Shown: positions 9,501 through 20,293, counted from the stretch's first letter. The stretch: DNA of 64,000 nucleotides from an uncultured virus (IMG/VR IMGVR_UViG_3300007171_000042) (IMGVR_UViG_3300007171_000042:1-64000), one strand, 5' to 3'. A program made the numbers and translations. The notes: generated from the letters alone by a model not told the origin.

Positions 9501-12359
9501 TATAGCTTTTTTAGAATTTATAACCTCTTCAGGTTGTTTTGTTGCTACAGCATCTTCATACTCTAATTTAACTCTATCCAAAGAAGCTTTCTTTTTTGTT
9601 AGTTGTACATTAAATAAAGCTTTATTAGTTTCTGTTAGCTCATATTTGTATAACTCTGCAGCATTTTTCTCTTTTTTCCACTCTCTTATACTTGCAGCTA
9701 TACGTAAACCCTTTTCATCTTTAACTATACCGTTGATGTCGGTATCTGCCTCTAAACGTTCTAACTGAGACTTTAAGTCTTCTAACTTATCTAATTCATC
9801 CTCATTATTCTCTTCGTCTAAAGAAGATGCTTGAATCTTACGCATCTCCTCTATGATTTCTTCTCTAGCCTCCCTTGCTTCATCACTTAATAAGGATTGA
9901 ATACGATAGTATTCATCTATAAAAGGCTTCTCTTCAAACTCTTCTTGTAGATTAACTAACTCTCTTTCTTTTTTCTTTATCTCTTCTTTTATAATATCTG
10001 TTTGATTTTTTTGGTTTTTAAGTTGCTGGATAGCATGAATAAGAGTAATTCGATCGTTTTGATAAGCGATCTCATCCATCTCTGTATTAAAAACTAAAGT
10101 CTCTCTTTCTACTATCTCTCCCTTCTTAATTTCTTTAACTGTTACTTTACGGATGTATGGTCCAAAAGTATTTTGAAAATCTAAACCTGTAAGATTCCTA
10201 CCCCCTTTAGACTTTGTAATTTTTTCTAGCCTATCTCCTAATCCCCGCATTTTTCTTTCTAGTACAATAGATTCTGCGTTAGCTTCGTCATACATTTTAC
10301 TCAACATAGAACCCACAGTACCTGTAATAATATTACCTGTTAGTGCTGCAGATTCTGCATAAAGACTGAATAAATTAATATCTTTTAATTTGCCAGTAAA
10401 TGCTCTGGCAATATTTTCTTCTGTAGCCAATTCATTATACTTCTTGGTTTCCTCTGCTATTTTATTCTTAAGATTCTGAGCTAATGTATTATTACCTGAA
10501 GCAACTGCTGAATCATAAGATTTTTGAAACTGTTCTATATTCTGAGCAATAGTTGCTCGCATAGATTCTGTTTGAGGAGCAATCTCTCTAGCTAACTTCT
10601 CTGCAATAGCTTTAGTAGCTTTATTAAAGTAGTCTTGTGTAAGTGAGTTAGCTAAAGCTTCTATGTTTCTTATTTGAGTATTTAATACAGTGCCTGTACC
10701 AGTGTCTCCCATAATGTCTGTATACTCACGCATTACTTGCTTAAAGTGTTCACCTAACTCACGAGCATGGTATGCTTGTCTAAACATCTCCTCTTGAGTA
10801 TAGATACCACTTGCAGACATAGAATCCATAGATAATTGTAAAGATCTAAGATACTTAGCTGTATCATGAAAGTATGTAACTAGGGATCTAAAAGCCTCTT
10901 TAGCTTCTCCAATAGATATATTTTGCAGAGACTCTTCTGATTTATATAGCAAAGGCAAATTAATTTTTATACTATTCGCCTCCATAAAAATCTTTTTCCA
11001 GTCAATAATGTCTGAGTCTAGAAACCTAGTAAGATTTTTTTGGAATTCAGAATTTTTTAATAAGTACTCCTTAGCTTCTTCCATTTGCATAGTTGTCATC
11101 TCATAGTTAAATTTTTGTTTATCTAATGGATTACTTTTAGTATTTAAGTTGTTATTAAATACTACTTCTGCAAAATAATTATCTAACAATTCATCAAGTG
11201 CTTCTTGAGTTGGGGCAATCTTTTTATCTGGCTTAGTTAAACCTAGCTTACTTAGTATAAAGTCCCATATCTTTTCAAAAATATTTCTAGCATATTCTAC
11301 ATCATTTTTTTCTATAGAATCTCTAAAGGCAGGATTACTTAAGAATTCACTTACAAACTCAAACTCATCTGCTAAACCGTAATAATCTCCTACAGGAGCT
11401 TGTCCTTTATATTTAGTCTTATAATAAAGATAGGCCTCTCTTATACCTTCAACCAATTTTTTATCAGTAGCATTACTAGGAGACATCATAGCATGCACAG
11501 TAACAGAGTGGACTAACTCATGAATAAACAACTTCTTAAAAGAATCTATATCTAGAGCACCTAATGCTATAGGACTAAAACTTAGTTTACGATTGCTGGC
11601 ATCATATGTTGCAGGCCTAATAAGATAGTCACCATTGCGATCCCTCATAACTCCTGTATGCTCTACTCTAAAGTCCATACTGATGTTTGGATCTATATGA
11701 AGTACTCTAATTAGTTTTTTAAGTATCTCTCTCTGATATTGTGGAGTACTAGGATCATTAATAATTTTTGTAGCAGTATCAAAGATATCAGGATTAGTAA
11801 AGTCTAAGTATGGCTGAAGATGTTGTACGTTAGCTGACTCTAAAGCAGAGTTACTTCTAATCAACTCGTACTCTAAAGCCTCCGTCATCATTAACTTAAA
11901 CTCATTTTTTCCTGATGCAGGAGTCAATTTGTAAGTTCTTTGTGCACCAGGTAAATCGCTCTGTACAGGTTCTATTTGTAATGAGAAAGTAGAATAAGGC
12001 TGATTGTCTAGTACAAGTTGTTGTACATCAGTTAGATTATATTCTTTTTCTATATCTAAGTCTCTCTCCTCGTAAAATTTTTGTACATCCTTTACATAAG
12101 CAAGTTGTCTAGGAGGAAGTTGAATTCCCGCTAAACCTAAAAACTGTTCTATATCTGCTTCTGGATTATGAGCAGCAGTCATAGACGATTTAAGAGGTCC
12201 CCAAGAACGAGTACTTCCAACGTTATCATAAATAGCTTCTATAGTTTGTGCAATATAGTCGCTATCTAAATCTAATTGCGTTAATAGATATCCTAAAGTG
12301 GAAGCATGTCTTTCTCCTGATATAGGATTATTTACATGTATAATACAGCCTTTGCTCAT
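6555..12359 (-). CDS. Giant ejected virion protein (third gene of the crAss-like RNAP cluster) with zincin-like domain
   Basis: 1934 aa, helical/coiled-coil; HELVH (11508-11522) with downstream EFVSE; hydrophobic C-terminal helix MLVLSVSTAIAIALNALVY; adjacent to virion RNAP. Confidence 0.75.
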   Translation of the reverse strand: MSKGCIIHVNNPISGERHASTLGYLLTQLDLDSDYIAQTIEAIYDNVGSTRSWGPLKSSMTAAHNPEADIEQFLGLAGIQLPPRQLAYVKDVQKFYEERDLDIEKEYNLTDVQQLVLDNQPYSTFSLQIEPVQSDLPGAQRTYKLTPASGKNEFKLMMTEALEYELIRSNSALESANVQHLQPYLDFTNPDIFDTATKIINDPSTPQYQREILKKLIRVLHIDPNISMDFRVEHTGVMRDRNGDYLIRPATYDASNRKLSFSPIALGALDIDSFKKLFIHELVHSVTVHAMMSPSNATDKKLVEGIREAYLYYKTKYKGQAPVGDYYGLADEFEFVSEFLSNPAFRDSIEKNDVEYARNIFEKIWDFILSKLGLTKPDKKIAPTQEALDELLDNYFAEVVFNNNLNTKSNPLDKQKFNYEMTTMQMEEAKEYLLKNSEFQKNLTRFLDSDIIDWKKIFMEANSIKINLPLLYKSEESLQNISIGEAKEAFRSLVTYFHDTAKYLRSLQLSMDSMSASGIYTQEEMFRQAYHARELGEHFKQVMREYTDIMGDTGTGTVLNTQIRNIEALANSLTQDYFNKATKAIAEKLAREIAPQTESMRATIAQNIEQFQKSYDSAVASGNNTLAQNLKNKIAEETKKYNELATEENIARAFTGKLKDINLFSLYAESAALTGNIITGTVGSMLSKMYDEANAESIVLERKMRGLGDRLEKITKSKGGRNLTGLDFQNTFGPYIRKVTVKEIKKGEIVERETLVFNTEMDEIAYQNDRITLIHAIQQLKNQKNQTDIIKEEIKKKERELVNLQEEFEEKPFIDEYYRIQSLLSDEAREAREEIIEEMRKIQASSLDEENNEDELDKLEDLKSQLERLEADTDINGIVKDEKGLRIAASIREWKKEKNAAELYKYELTETNKALFNVQLTKKKASLDRVKLEYEDAVATKQPEEVINSKKAILNAVQKDYDVWRANNAVRKISPEFYEERREILDSISAIQEKVDVPGMRTVSEIWDEIFSLLKGFKNNDNLYDGSRIPNETVTVEENGVVREVNIPIRIAELEKELEEVKETIKEESPELSREDRVALRNLYKELSAIQEKVYTPAYIEVYNTKLAEQRAKLSAQNSAKYAGDQNGSLLTSDAVEALKNTTWYKMNHKKVYNYSEAAGTFIEEDEPLTYWMTTEPTDKSYISFNEPSFRWKTITLNPVFRKETVTQNKKSKRVSLDNTKTKYINPEYARLSTEEKQLLSEILEVYNEMQKGVPRNLKKGLELPSVMKEGFEALGNKKFGTIGSQIKGVASNIWDNMTFKNDEDMSRDEEGSMVTKVNRRLFLRYNTPIGADKMSVNFINSLTMYGTDLIRFRKAYANAPYLYGIQDVLSEKIPGSRIQKMVNNLFERKLQGKSRKPMINNKAGRVFEWALDKGLGIGAELALSLRLPSSIKNFGAGTINIFEQLKIYGVSRKDVTVAMGKNAKHIGDLFKSYVEDGIDSPYIQKMRYFNIMVEDHLTESGKRVYVSDLAKGVRKYNPLYMLSFTRTFGEFEMRSAVAESLSKQFMVEMTDGTFKPIMDAYIVEEGVIKPDPNIKDIEGFSGVESAFRQKVNAVNALIHGAYGAMDKGEYSRYTIGRLVGYMKGWFTYQFIRRFGNRRMNYGAGMEQQGYFRTLVQALKLIMQNRFSFAAVDSLMSPREKAEAMAAVYDMLVLSVSTAIAIALNALVYSDDDDEENIWGAYFLLYNLLQIEDELNTLNPVFGTGSIVYSRMMNNVDGKNIGQFYLEKNFILPLQGAFESIKLAYQFVNPLDDVDMFDEYIERSRTGNILNPKRYKPDPVLQGQMEFFARLEKMFGLAVSTNYFTGPEYIYRKYEAKNPRWFISTLDSEIKGTKGDISSINKQIKAMTRQLDYLDDEETKQSLQSQIDDLQKEKVQLKEQQRELSDYEEGLDRS

Positions 12360-12373
12360 TTTTACGTATGTTA

Positions 12374-12403
12374 CAAATATAATCTTTAATTAAAAATATC
12401 AAA
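12374..12403 (-). promoter_or_regulatory. Bacteroidota-type promoter
   Basis: TTTG (12400-12403), 18-nt spacer, TATATTTG (12374-12381) just upstream of the 1934-aa gene. Confidence 0.7.
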
Positions 12404-12416
12404 CTTTAAATATAAT

Positions 12417-15400
12417 CTAATCTTCTATGTTACACTTAGTCACTTCTGCATCTGTAGAACTTAGTGGCGTACTTTTTCCTGACTTACGTGCAACATTTAC
12501 ACCTGTAGATTCTCCTAAGTCAACAGGTCTATTACCTCTAGAACTATTTAAAATTCCTTGACTTCTGTAAGCTTCTTCATCGTCAAACTCTGGATCATCA
12601 TAAGTATTACCTTCTTCTAATGGAAGAACATCATCTTCATCAACCTCTTCTACGATTGCTACATCTCCCTTAAATTTATACTTAGGAAACACTCTATCCA
12701 GTTCTGATAGACCCTTTTGTTTAGATTGGGCATATGCTGCTTTAATGCCTTCTGTAAAGATAGTTAAAGCTTCTTCATCGTTAGAGTCAGAGTTATTATA
12801 AGAATACTTTAAACCTTTTAAAGTAACAGATAAACCTGCTGCTACATCAATATATCCTTTAATAGGAAGATATGGTTGTATACTTCTAAAACGAATATTA
12901 AATCCTTGTGATACTATAGTAGCACTAGCAACATCTGTAAAAAACTGAGACACTTGTGGATTAGGATGATTTAATCCATCCATGAATGCTTTTTGTACAG
13001 CATCTATAGCATCAGGATCTTTCTCATTTGTCTTCATAGCTACATAAAACATCTTTGAGTCTTTTACATCAATAGTATTAAAGTTAGCTAAAAATAAATT
13101 TTTGTTTGCAAACTGCATCAACTCAGGCTTACTACTATCCTTAAACAAAGTAATAAACTTAGACTTTAAGTTGTTGGGTTTATCCTTCTCTAAGAATCCA
13201 GAATCTCTTCCATATCTATTATACAAATCTCTACTATAGTCATCCCCAAATCTGCTAATAAGAATATGCATAAAATTATTAAGAATCTTATTAACCTCTC
13301 TAGTTGCCCTATCTCTGCTCCAATATTTATTTTCATCTAGTATTTTTTGTATTTGTTCCTGAACAGGAGCTAAAGCTAGAATATCGAAGACACTTCTAGA
13401 AATCTCTACTGCTTCTGATACAATGTTAAAGGGAGATACTACGCTATTAGAAAGAATTTTTTCGACTGCTTCTCCATTGAAATAATCAGACGCTGAATTA
13501 ATACCATAGGCTACAGAGAAAAAATCTGTAATATTTCTGTAGTTATTTGTATTAAAATCTATATTAGAAGTCAAATCATATAGTACATCTTGTTGATCCT
13601 TTACAGCAAGATACTGCGTTAAGAAGGCAACCTGTGCAGCCAACTTAGATTGAGCTTCTATGTTTCCAGTTTTAGCTTCTTCTAAAATAATATCGTATGC
13701 TTTCCTACTATTCTCTACATAAGGCGGATAATCATTTTCATTAAAACGTTCTATATGTCTCTTAAAGTAATCGTCTTCAAGTAACATTGTTACTGTATCT
13801 TGTAAGTTAATAACTGATTTTTTTCCTTTAGGAGTTTGGATTTCCTCCATAATAGGCGATACTCCAAGTACTTTTAAAGCCTCGATTACGTATTGTTTTT
13901 CAGATTTAGACTTTGATCCAAGTGTTCTTCCTATATGTCCAACAAAATTCTCTCTTAAGAAATGTTGAATAATAGGTTGATTCACTAAAAGAATAGCATC
14001 CTTAACTGGAGTACCATTTAAAACCATTTGTAGAATAAGAGGAGTCCGAACATTATCACCATTAAAATAGTTAATCCAGTCTTCTTTCTCAATGTCTACG
14101 TGACCATTAATAAACTCATTGATTACATCTGATATCAGATTGTCATTGTCAGCATCTATATATCCTCCTAGAATGATTTCTCCAGATGTTGTTCTGTTTG
14201 CCTTCATTCTATAGTTGTTTGTTATATTACCTGCCTTAAATCTTAATCCTACTTGTTGGAAAAGTTTATGTAATGCATTCATCTTAGCGTCCACACCCAA
14301 AGACTTTTTACCTAAAGTATTTTCTTTAAACAAAGCAACTGAGGTTAATGGAGAAAACATATCCGTAGAACTAATCTTACCTCCTTTATTTCGTAATGCT
14401 AAGTATTTAGCAGCTATCTCTGGTAAGATTTTATTAGAATTAGGTTTTGTAAATCTAGAGAATAGAGCAGGTTCAGATAATACACCAGAGATAACTTTAA
14501 TCATTCTATTAGAAGATACATTTTTAATATTGTTTGGAGTATAACCCTGCAATGTATCTAAGTCTTTGTTTATCTCTTTTAACTTAGCCAAAGTATCAGC
14601 TAATGAAGGATTTTCTTTTAATAGATGTTCTATACGTGCAATTAATAGTTTAATACGTAGGTGTGCACCTTCTACCAATGGATCATCGTAAGAGGCTTTT
14701 CTAGTAGATAAGTCATACAATACTCCTTTTAAGTTCTTAATGTCTTTCTCGTATAATCCTTTTATAAAGTAAGCACCTGTATTGTTTAAGAGTTCTTTGA
14801 TCTCTTTCTTATTTTGTAGATTAACAACTCGCTCTCTTATGTTGTTAAGCATGTTCTTTGTAAAGTCTGCAGAGTCTACAATAGAATCATCCATTATATT
14901 ACCTTCAGAGTCTAACATAGGCTCATACATAAACAACTTATCTATATCGAAGTCAGATCCAGACTTAGTAACAATTGAAGGAGGTACTACAATAACAGGA
15001 CCTGCACTTGTAGGTAAGAACTCTCTCACTCTAAAGTATTCCATAGAGTTAAATCCTTGTACGGGAATACGTACACCTGCCATAGTAATTTTTTCTGAAT
15101 GAAGTTCTACCCAGTTGTCATCTAAAAGTGCCTCATTTAACCTAGCAAGAGTTGCTATCCTCTGACCATTAAACTCTAAGTTTAATAAAGGTAAATGTTT
15201 TTTAGGATTAAAGGCAATCTTAATATCAGCAGGTTGGGTTTTACCATTCTCTACTCTGTAGTCCCTCAATCCTGAAGTTCCGTATTTACTAACGTCTTCC
15301 TTACTAGGTTTTTTAAATCTTGTTCCTAACTGATTAAATCCAGAAGAAGCTAATTGAATATAGGCTTCTCCAAACATCTTTGGTTTAAGCACACGTTTAG

Positions 15401-18400
15401 ATAAAGCCGAACTAATTACATTTTCTACCAAGTCTCTTCTAGAGGATCCATCAATAGATCTAATAAACTCATTCTCATCAAGAGAGTCAATGTAGACATA
15501 TACCGAGTTTGGAATATCTTTTTTGTCGAATTCTTTGAATAACCACCGTTTAAAGGCAGGAATAGAGAAGGTTTTTATAACACCATTTTCGTCTACCTCT
15601 GCTTCTATTTGAGTATAGATTTTGGCTTTCTCCGCATTTACGACATTCTGAACCATGTTAATAAACTCTTGTTGTAAGGAGTCCATTTTATCTTGGATCT
15701 GTGCAAATGCTGGATTAATCTCTCCATTAATATAAAAATCCCCAAACAACAACTTAACCATCTGAGTAGAAAGAGTTGCCTCATTTTTAAACTTAGGTGC
15801 TATATACTGTTGTCTACGTAGTCCACTTATAGGATAGGTAAGAATACTTTTTGTAGGAATATTGTTGATAGACAATACATCGTCTTCTTTGTAGAAAGGA
15901 ATTGACTCTACTGGAGTAGACATCTTGTTTCCAGAATCAAAAGTTGCAAAGTCCACACCCTTCTCAAACATATCAAACATAAAAGATTCTAAGTCAGTAT
16001 TAAATACTGCAGATGGTAATAGATTGAATACGGAGTATTTACCTAAAGTTACATACTTAGTATTCTCTAAAGGAGAACCATAGTAACCTAATTTTAAAGA
16101 AGTTAGGATACCTTTGTTTGATTGCTCTATTAAATCTAATACTGATTGTTTGGTACCTTTATTAGCCCTATAAGCTTTGATTGCTTCTAATACTTTAACT
16201 TCATGATTGTAGGCTTCTTCAAGTTCTGAAGACCACTCATCTATTGAGTTAAGATAGAAACGAATAAAGTCTAAGTTTGCATACGCTTGAGCATCGGACT
16301 CTTTGTCCTGAGCAAACATATCATCAAGGTTAGTTTTAATCTCTTCTTTTGCGGCTAGTATAACTTCTGCTTTCTTTGCCTTTGATGCATTCTTAGGAAG
16401 TAAACTTAGTTTCCAATCTACAAATCCATCTTCGATTTGTTTTCTTAAAACATCTTCCTGAGACCTAGTAAACGATTTAATATCTTTAAATTGAATATAT
16501 TTAAAATTCTCATCATACTCTCTAGACTTGCCTCTACCTTTAACTTGTTGTTCGAGTAGTCTTGCATACTTAGGCTCAGAATTCCAAGATAATAAAGTCT
16601 GATCATCTAAGTGTGGTTGTTTCCCTGGAGAAATACTACCACCTAAACGCTTAAATACTTCCCTCCAGTTTCCTCCTTTTGCATTAAAGTTAGAAGGATC
16701 TCCCACTAACATATGCATATATTCTATCTGATGAGTATAGTAGTTGGTAATATAAGCTAGAATAATCGCATCAATTTGTGACTCACTTCTAGCATCTCCC
16801 TCTTCAGTAAATGTTTGATTAAACTTCTTTACAAAATTTGCTTTCTTACCATCTGCAATACTTTCAGTTAAAGCAGCTTTAAAAACTCTTAATTGGTCTT
16901 GAAAGTATTGAGTAAGAGAATCTTTAAACTCACCATAACGAGTATCTCTTCTACCACTATACAACTGACTGACTGCTTCTATTAATGATTCTTTAGACTC
17001 AGCTACTGCCACAAGATTCTTAAGCTCATCTTGTAATTGAGGAGAAAGAATGTCTTGAAGTATAATAAATTCTGAACCACGTACTTCTTTTTGAGTAGAC
17101 TTAGCTCTATCATCATACATACGGGAGACTTCAAACTTTAAATAATCTGTAAACTGTGACTGTACAGAAGAAGCAAGGACTGTCTTATTCATCACAATAA
17201 AGTCCTCAAACTTATGATACGTTCTATCTGCTAAGTTTCCATTTATTCTAGTAGCAAAAGCACTGTTTTTAGCTCCTGCTCTTATGTTTTCAAAGGTGCG
17301 ATCTTTTAAAAATCCTAAAAAGTCCTGAACTAACTTAGAGTCTGCACTGAGATTTGTTGTTTTCTTACCATCAAAAATACCAGTCTGCATACCAGAAAAG
17401 TTTAATACTTCTATAGAAACGTCTTCTCCTGCTAAGTTTTTCTTACGATCTCCGTTGAAGTCAAACATCTTTTTACCCCAAGCACTGTACTTAATAAAGT
17501 TATTTGTCTCTGGACTTAAGTGTCCTTTAAGTTGGGATAAGTTCTTTACCTTATTTAAATCTTCTACGGTATCTATCATATGATTCCATTCTCTGATAGA
17601 CCATTCTAAATTCTTCTCTAAATTAAGATAAGAAGCTGAATTAGATAAGTTATAAAAAGACTCTACTGTGTTAAAGAAGTTTCTTCTCTCATTTTTAAAT
17701 GTTGTAATCGAACCAAATCTTTGTTTATACAACACTTTAACAGGGTCATTATCTTTAAGAGCGTTAATAGCTTTTTGAAGTTTACTAGAGATATCTGTAG
17801 TCCAAGTACTTAGAGGAAGAGAAGTTGTCTGCGGAGTTAATGCAATTAAATCTAGATTGCCAGACCGAGCAATTTGATCCATTAATACCATCTTATTGAC
17901 TGATAGTTTAGCAATTGTAAGAATATTTTTAAGTCCAATAGGTGTAATTCTTAGGTTTGAACTTGGAATGAAGTTACCTTTTCTATCAAACATAAGTGAT
18001 GGAGATACTCCTCCATATAAATCTACGCCAAATACATCCTTAAAAAATCTAAAAGCATCTTCAGCAACAAAAGGAGCTAGTCCTAGATAATCAGCTAATA
18101 CAGACTTAACACTAAAGGTAGGAACATTGATACTATTTACATCTACGTTCCTATATTTTCTACTAGAATTTTCAATAAAGTCTTGATCAAAGTATTCCAT
18201 CAAGTTATTTAGAGACAATGTATTTTCAACAAACACACTAGTCTTTAAAACTGGTTTCTTTCCAGGAGTATCTTCTACTGTAGATCGAATATTTAAAGGA
18301 ACTACTGTAGGCATAGAAGCAAACTGTAGAAATCCAGCTTTTAATGCTTCCTCTTCTATACTCAATGTACCAGTAGTTTTGGGCATTCTTTGTACAAAAT

Positions 18401-20231
18401 AGAGAAGTTGAGGGGACAAGTCTGCTTTTTCTACTAAAGCTTGGATTGCCTCACTGTAACTCTTAATACCGCTTACAGTATTTAGAATTAAGTTTTTATT
18501 GGTTAGGTAGTCTCCTACCTGGGGTAGACCTAAAATACTTCCCACCTGTTGAATCTCTTCTCCTAATTCATTTCTTTTAATATCTGGAAGAGTTTTAATA
18601 AGTTCTAATATCTCAGGAGAAGCAAGATCAATAGGATTGATCATCTCAGCTGACTTTGAAGCATATTCGTTTCTACTACGGTCTTCTTCAGCTATCTCAT
18701 CTAATACAGAATCTATGTCTTTGGTATCATCTCCTTCTTTTGTTTTAAGTATGTTTCCCTTAGAAAATCCTTTATGATACTCTACTGTTTCAGCCCACTT
18801 ATCTTGTCCATCTTTACTGTAGACTAAGGGCTTAAGAGAATTAATACGTTCTTCAAGAATTTCTGCAGTAGCTGGATCTGCAGTCTCTAATTGAGACTCA
18901 TAGTTTTCAATAGCAGCCTCTAAAGACGTCTTTACCTGATCATAGATCTTAGGTAGTAATTGTGCTTTTAGTTTAGAGTTATTAAAGAATGCAGCATTAA
19001 TTCCCATTCTATCTACTGCTGCATTAAAGTAATAGTCAATAGCACTAAGAATCTCAGCACCCTCAACAGAAGTGTACTCGATGGATACTTTTTCTCCCGC
19101 ACTTGTAACTACCTCTAAAGTAAACTCTTTAGTTCTATTAAGTTTATTATGTTCTATATTTAAGTCAGAAGGTTTATACTCCGAGAGATTGCCTCTATAC
19201 AGTTTCTCAAATAATTCATCTATAGGGGCTTTCTCTTCAACAATCTGTCCTTCAGGAGTAATACTGGTCTTTTTAGTAAATAGATTACGTAAGAAGTCCA
19301 TTATACGCTGAAACAAATTTCTTACAGGTTGTTCTAGAGTTTCTTCTTCCGATGCTGCAAGTATTGCTTGTTCTTCAGGAGAAAGTTCTTGGCTTCTGTT
19401 TAAAGAGTAGGTTCGAAAAGACTCTGCTAATACCTCTTCTATTTGTCTATTAGTAAGAGAATAATGTGGAATCTCTGTCCCTCCTAAGTTAATGTTTCCA
19501 GGTCTGGAACGCACTAATTCGTACAAAGCCGCTTTCTCTGCTTTAGTTAAGAATCTTTGTGTAAATTCATGAAAAGATTCATGATACAAGTCAGAAGAGT
19601 CTGAACCTTGATACAAGGTAATTGCATCTTTTGTCCATTGAGCAAAAGCTTTCTGATTAACAATATTACTTAAGTTAGCAAAACCTACATAGTTAGATAA
19701 AGGTGATTGTGAAAACCATATATAAGCATCTAATAGTTGGCGACCTGTTGGCTTATCAATAGTTTTATCTACATCGTCTGAGATGTTTTGTAGCATCTCT
19801 CTGCTCACTTCTTGAATTTCCTCTGGCCTAAATCTTTCTGCCTTAAATCCTTGATTTACTTTAGCAATAATCTTAGTAGCCAAAGCATCTAAGTCTCCTC
19901 CGTTTTTTGTAATGTAGGAATGAACAACTTTAGACTGTATAAAAGAGTTGAATCCATCAAATCCTGGATACTGCTTCTTGAACTTGTTACTAAATGTAAC
20001 AGCTACTGCAAAGATAGCTTTAGCTTCATTACCCTGATACTGAGATAAAAAGTTACTATAAATAGAATTATCTACGACAACTTCTTTTTTATTTTTTATA
20101 ATAGTCTTTTTACTCAAGGGATTACCTTGGTTTCTATTCCAAAGAAAGTAAGCAAAGTCTTCTCCTACAACATTCTTTAAAGAGTTAAACTCTGCACGAA
20201 TATTAGGGTCACTTAGATTAGGGCAAATCAT
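12417..20231 (-). CDS. Virion-packaged single-subunit two-barrel RNA polymerase (crAss/phi14:2 gp66-like) with N-terminal zincin-like domain
   Basis: Catalytic region GVRIPVQGFNSM...TKSGSDFDIDKLF (DFDID at 14940-14954); HESFH (19569-19583) with EEVLAE; MICPN N-terminus recalled as typical of crAss-like giant proteins; 2604 aa. Confidence 0.9.
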   Translation of the reverse strand: MICPNLSDPNIRAEFNSLKNVVGEDFAYFLWNRNQGNPLSKKTIIKNKKEVVVDNSIYSNFLSQYQGNEAKAIFAVAVTFSNKFKKQYPGFDGFNSFIQSKVVHSYITKNGGDLDALATKIIAKVNQGFKAERFRPEEIQEVSREMLQNISDDVDKTIDKPTGRQLLDAYIWFSQSPLSNYVGFANLSNIVNQKAFAQWTKDAITLYQGSDSSDLYHESFHEFTQRFLTKAEKAALYELVRSRPGNINLGGTEIPHYSLTNRQIEEVLAESFRTYSLNRSQELSPEEQAILAASEEETLEQPVRNLFQRIMDFLRNLFTKKTSITPEGQIVEEKAPIDELFEKLYRGNLSEYKPSDLNIEHNKLNRTKEFTLEVVTSAGEKVSIEYTSVEGAEILSAIDYYFNAAVDRMGINAAFFNNSKLKAQLLPKIYDQVKTSLEAAIENYESQLETADPATAEILEERINSLKPLVYSKDGQDKWAETVEYHKGFSKGNILKTKEGDDTKDIDSVLDEIAEEDRSRNEYASKSAEMINPIDLASPEILELIKTLPDIKRNELGEEIQQVGSILGLPQVGDYLTNKNLILNTVSGIKSYSEAIQALVEKADLSPQLLYFVQRMPKTTGTLSIEEEALKAGFLQFASMPTVVPLNIRSTVEDTPGKKPVLKTSVFVENTLSLNNLMEYFDQDFIENSSRKYRNVDVNSINVPTFSVKSVLADYLGLAPFVAEDAFRFFKDVFGVDLYGGVSPSLMFDRKGNFIPSSNLRITPIGLKNILTIAKLSVNKMVLMDQIARSGNLDLIALTPQTTSLPLSTWTTDISSKLQKAINALKDNDPVKVLYKQRFGSITTFKNERRNFFNTVESFYNLSNSASYLNLEKNLEWSIREWNHMIDTVEDLNKVKNLSQLKGHLSPETNNFIKYSAWGKKMFDFNGDRKKNLAGEDVSIEVLNFSGMQTGIFDGKKTTNLSADSKLVQDFLGFLKDRTFENIRAGAKNSAFATRINGNLADRTYHKFEDFIVMNKTVLASSVQSQFTDYLKFEVSRMYDDRAKSTQKEVRGSEFIILQDILSPQLQDELKNLVAVAESKESLIEAVSQLYSGRRDTRYGEFKDSLTQYFQDQLRVFKAALTESIADGKKANFVKKFNQTFTEEGDARSESQIDAIILAYITNYYTHQIEYMHMLVGDPSNFNAKGGNWREVFKRLGGSISPGKQPHLDDQTLLSWNSEPKYARLLEQQVKGRGKSREYDENFKYIQFKDIKSFTRSQEDVLRKQIEDGFVDWKLSLLPKNASKAKKAEVILAAKEEIKTNLDDMFAQDKESDAQAYANLDFIRFYLNSIDEWSSELEEAYNHEVKVLEAIKAYRANKGTKQSVLDLIEQSNKGILTSLKLGYYGSPLENTKYVTLGKYSVFNLLPSAVFNTDLESFMFDMFEKGVDFATFDSGNKMSTPVESIPFYKEDDVLSINNIPTKSILTYPISGLRRQQYIAPKFKNEATLSTQMVKLLFGDFYINGEINPAFAQIQDKMDSLQQEFINMVQNVVNAEKAKIYTQIEAEVDENGVIKTFSIPAFKRWLFKEFDKKDIPNSVYVYIDSLDENEFIRSIDGSSRRDLVENVISSALSKRVLKPKMFGEAYIQLASSGFNQLGTRFKKPSKEDVSKYGTSGLRDYRVENGKTQPADIKIAFNPKKHLPLLNLEFNGQRIATLARLNEALLDDNWVELHSEKITMAGVRIPVQGFNSMEYFRVREFLPTSAGPVIVVPPSIVTKSGSDFDIDKLFMYEPMLDSEGNIMDDSIVDSADFTKNMLNNIRERVVNLQNKKEIKELLNNTGAYFIKGLYEKDIKNLKGVLYDLSTRKASYDDPLVEGAHLRIKLLIARIEHLLKENPSLADTLAKLKEINKDLDTLQGYTPNNIKNVSSNRMIKVISGVLSEPALFSRFTKPNSNKILPEIAAKYLALRNKGGKISSTDMFSPLTSVALFKENTLGKKSLGVDAKMNALHKLFQQVGLRFKAGNITNNYRMKANRTTSGEIILGGYIDADNDNLISDVINEFINGHVDIEKEDWINYFNGDNVRTPLILQMVLNGTPVKDAILLVNQPIIQHFLRENFVGHIGRTLGSKSKSEKQYVIEALKVLGVSPIMEEIQTPKGKKSVINLQDTVTMLLEDDYFKRHIERFNENDYPPYVENSRKAYDIILEEAKTGNIEAQSKLAAQVAFLTQYLAVKDQQDVLYDLTSNIDFNTNNYRNITDFFSVAYGINSASDYFNGEAVEKILSNSVVSPFNIVSEAVEISRSVFDILALAPVQEQIQKILDENKYWSRDRATREVNKILNNFMHILISRFGDDYSRDLYNRYGRDSGFLEKDKPNNLKSKFITLFKDSSKPELMQFANKNLFLANFNTIDVKDSKMFYVAMKTNEKDPDAIDAVQKAFMDGLNHPNPQVSQFFTDVASATIVSQGFNIRFRSIQPYLPIKGYIDVAAGLSVTLKGLKYSYNNSDSNDEEALTIFTEGIKAAYAQSKQKGLSELDRVFPKYKFKGDVAIVEEVDEDDVLPLEEGNTYDDPEFDDEEAYRSQGILNSSRGNRPVDLGESTGVNVARKSGKSTPLSSTDAEVTKCNIED

Positions 20232-20259
20232 TCTAGTTTTATTTTATAATTAGTTTTAA

Positions 20260-20267
20260 CAAATATA
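20260..20267 (-). promoter_or_regulatory. Bacteroidota-type -7 promoter element
   Basis: TATATTTG in the 62-nt gap upstream of the RNAP gene; -33 element not clearly matched. Confidence 0.55.
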
Positions 20268-20293
20268 ATACGTAACACTAAGATACTCTAAAA

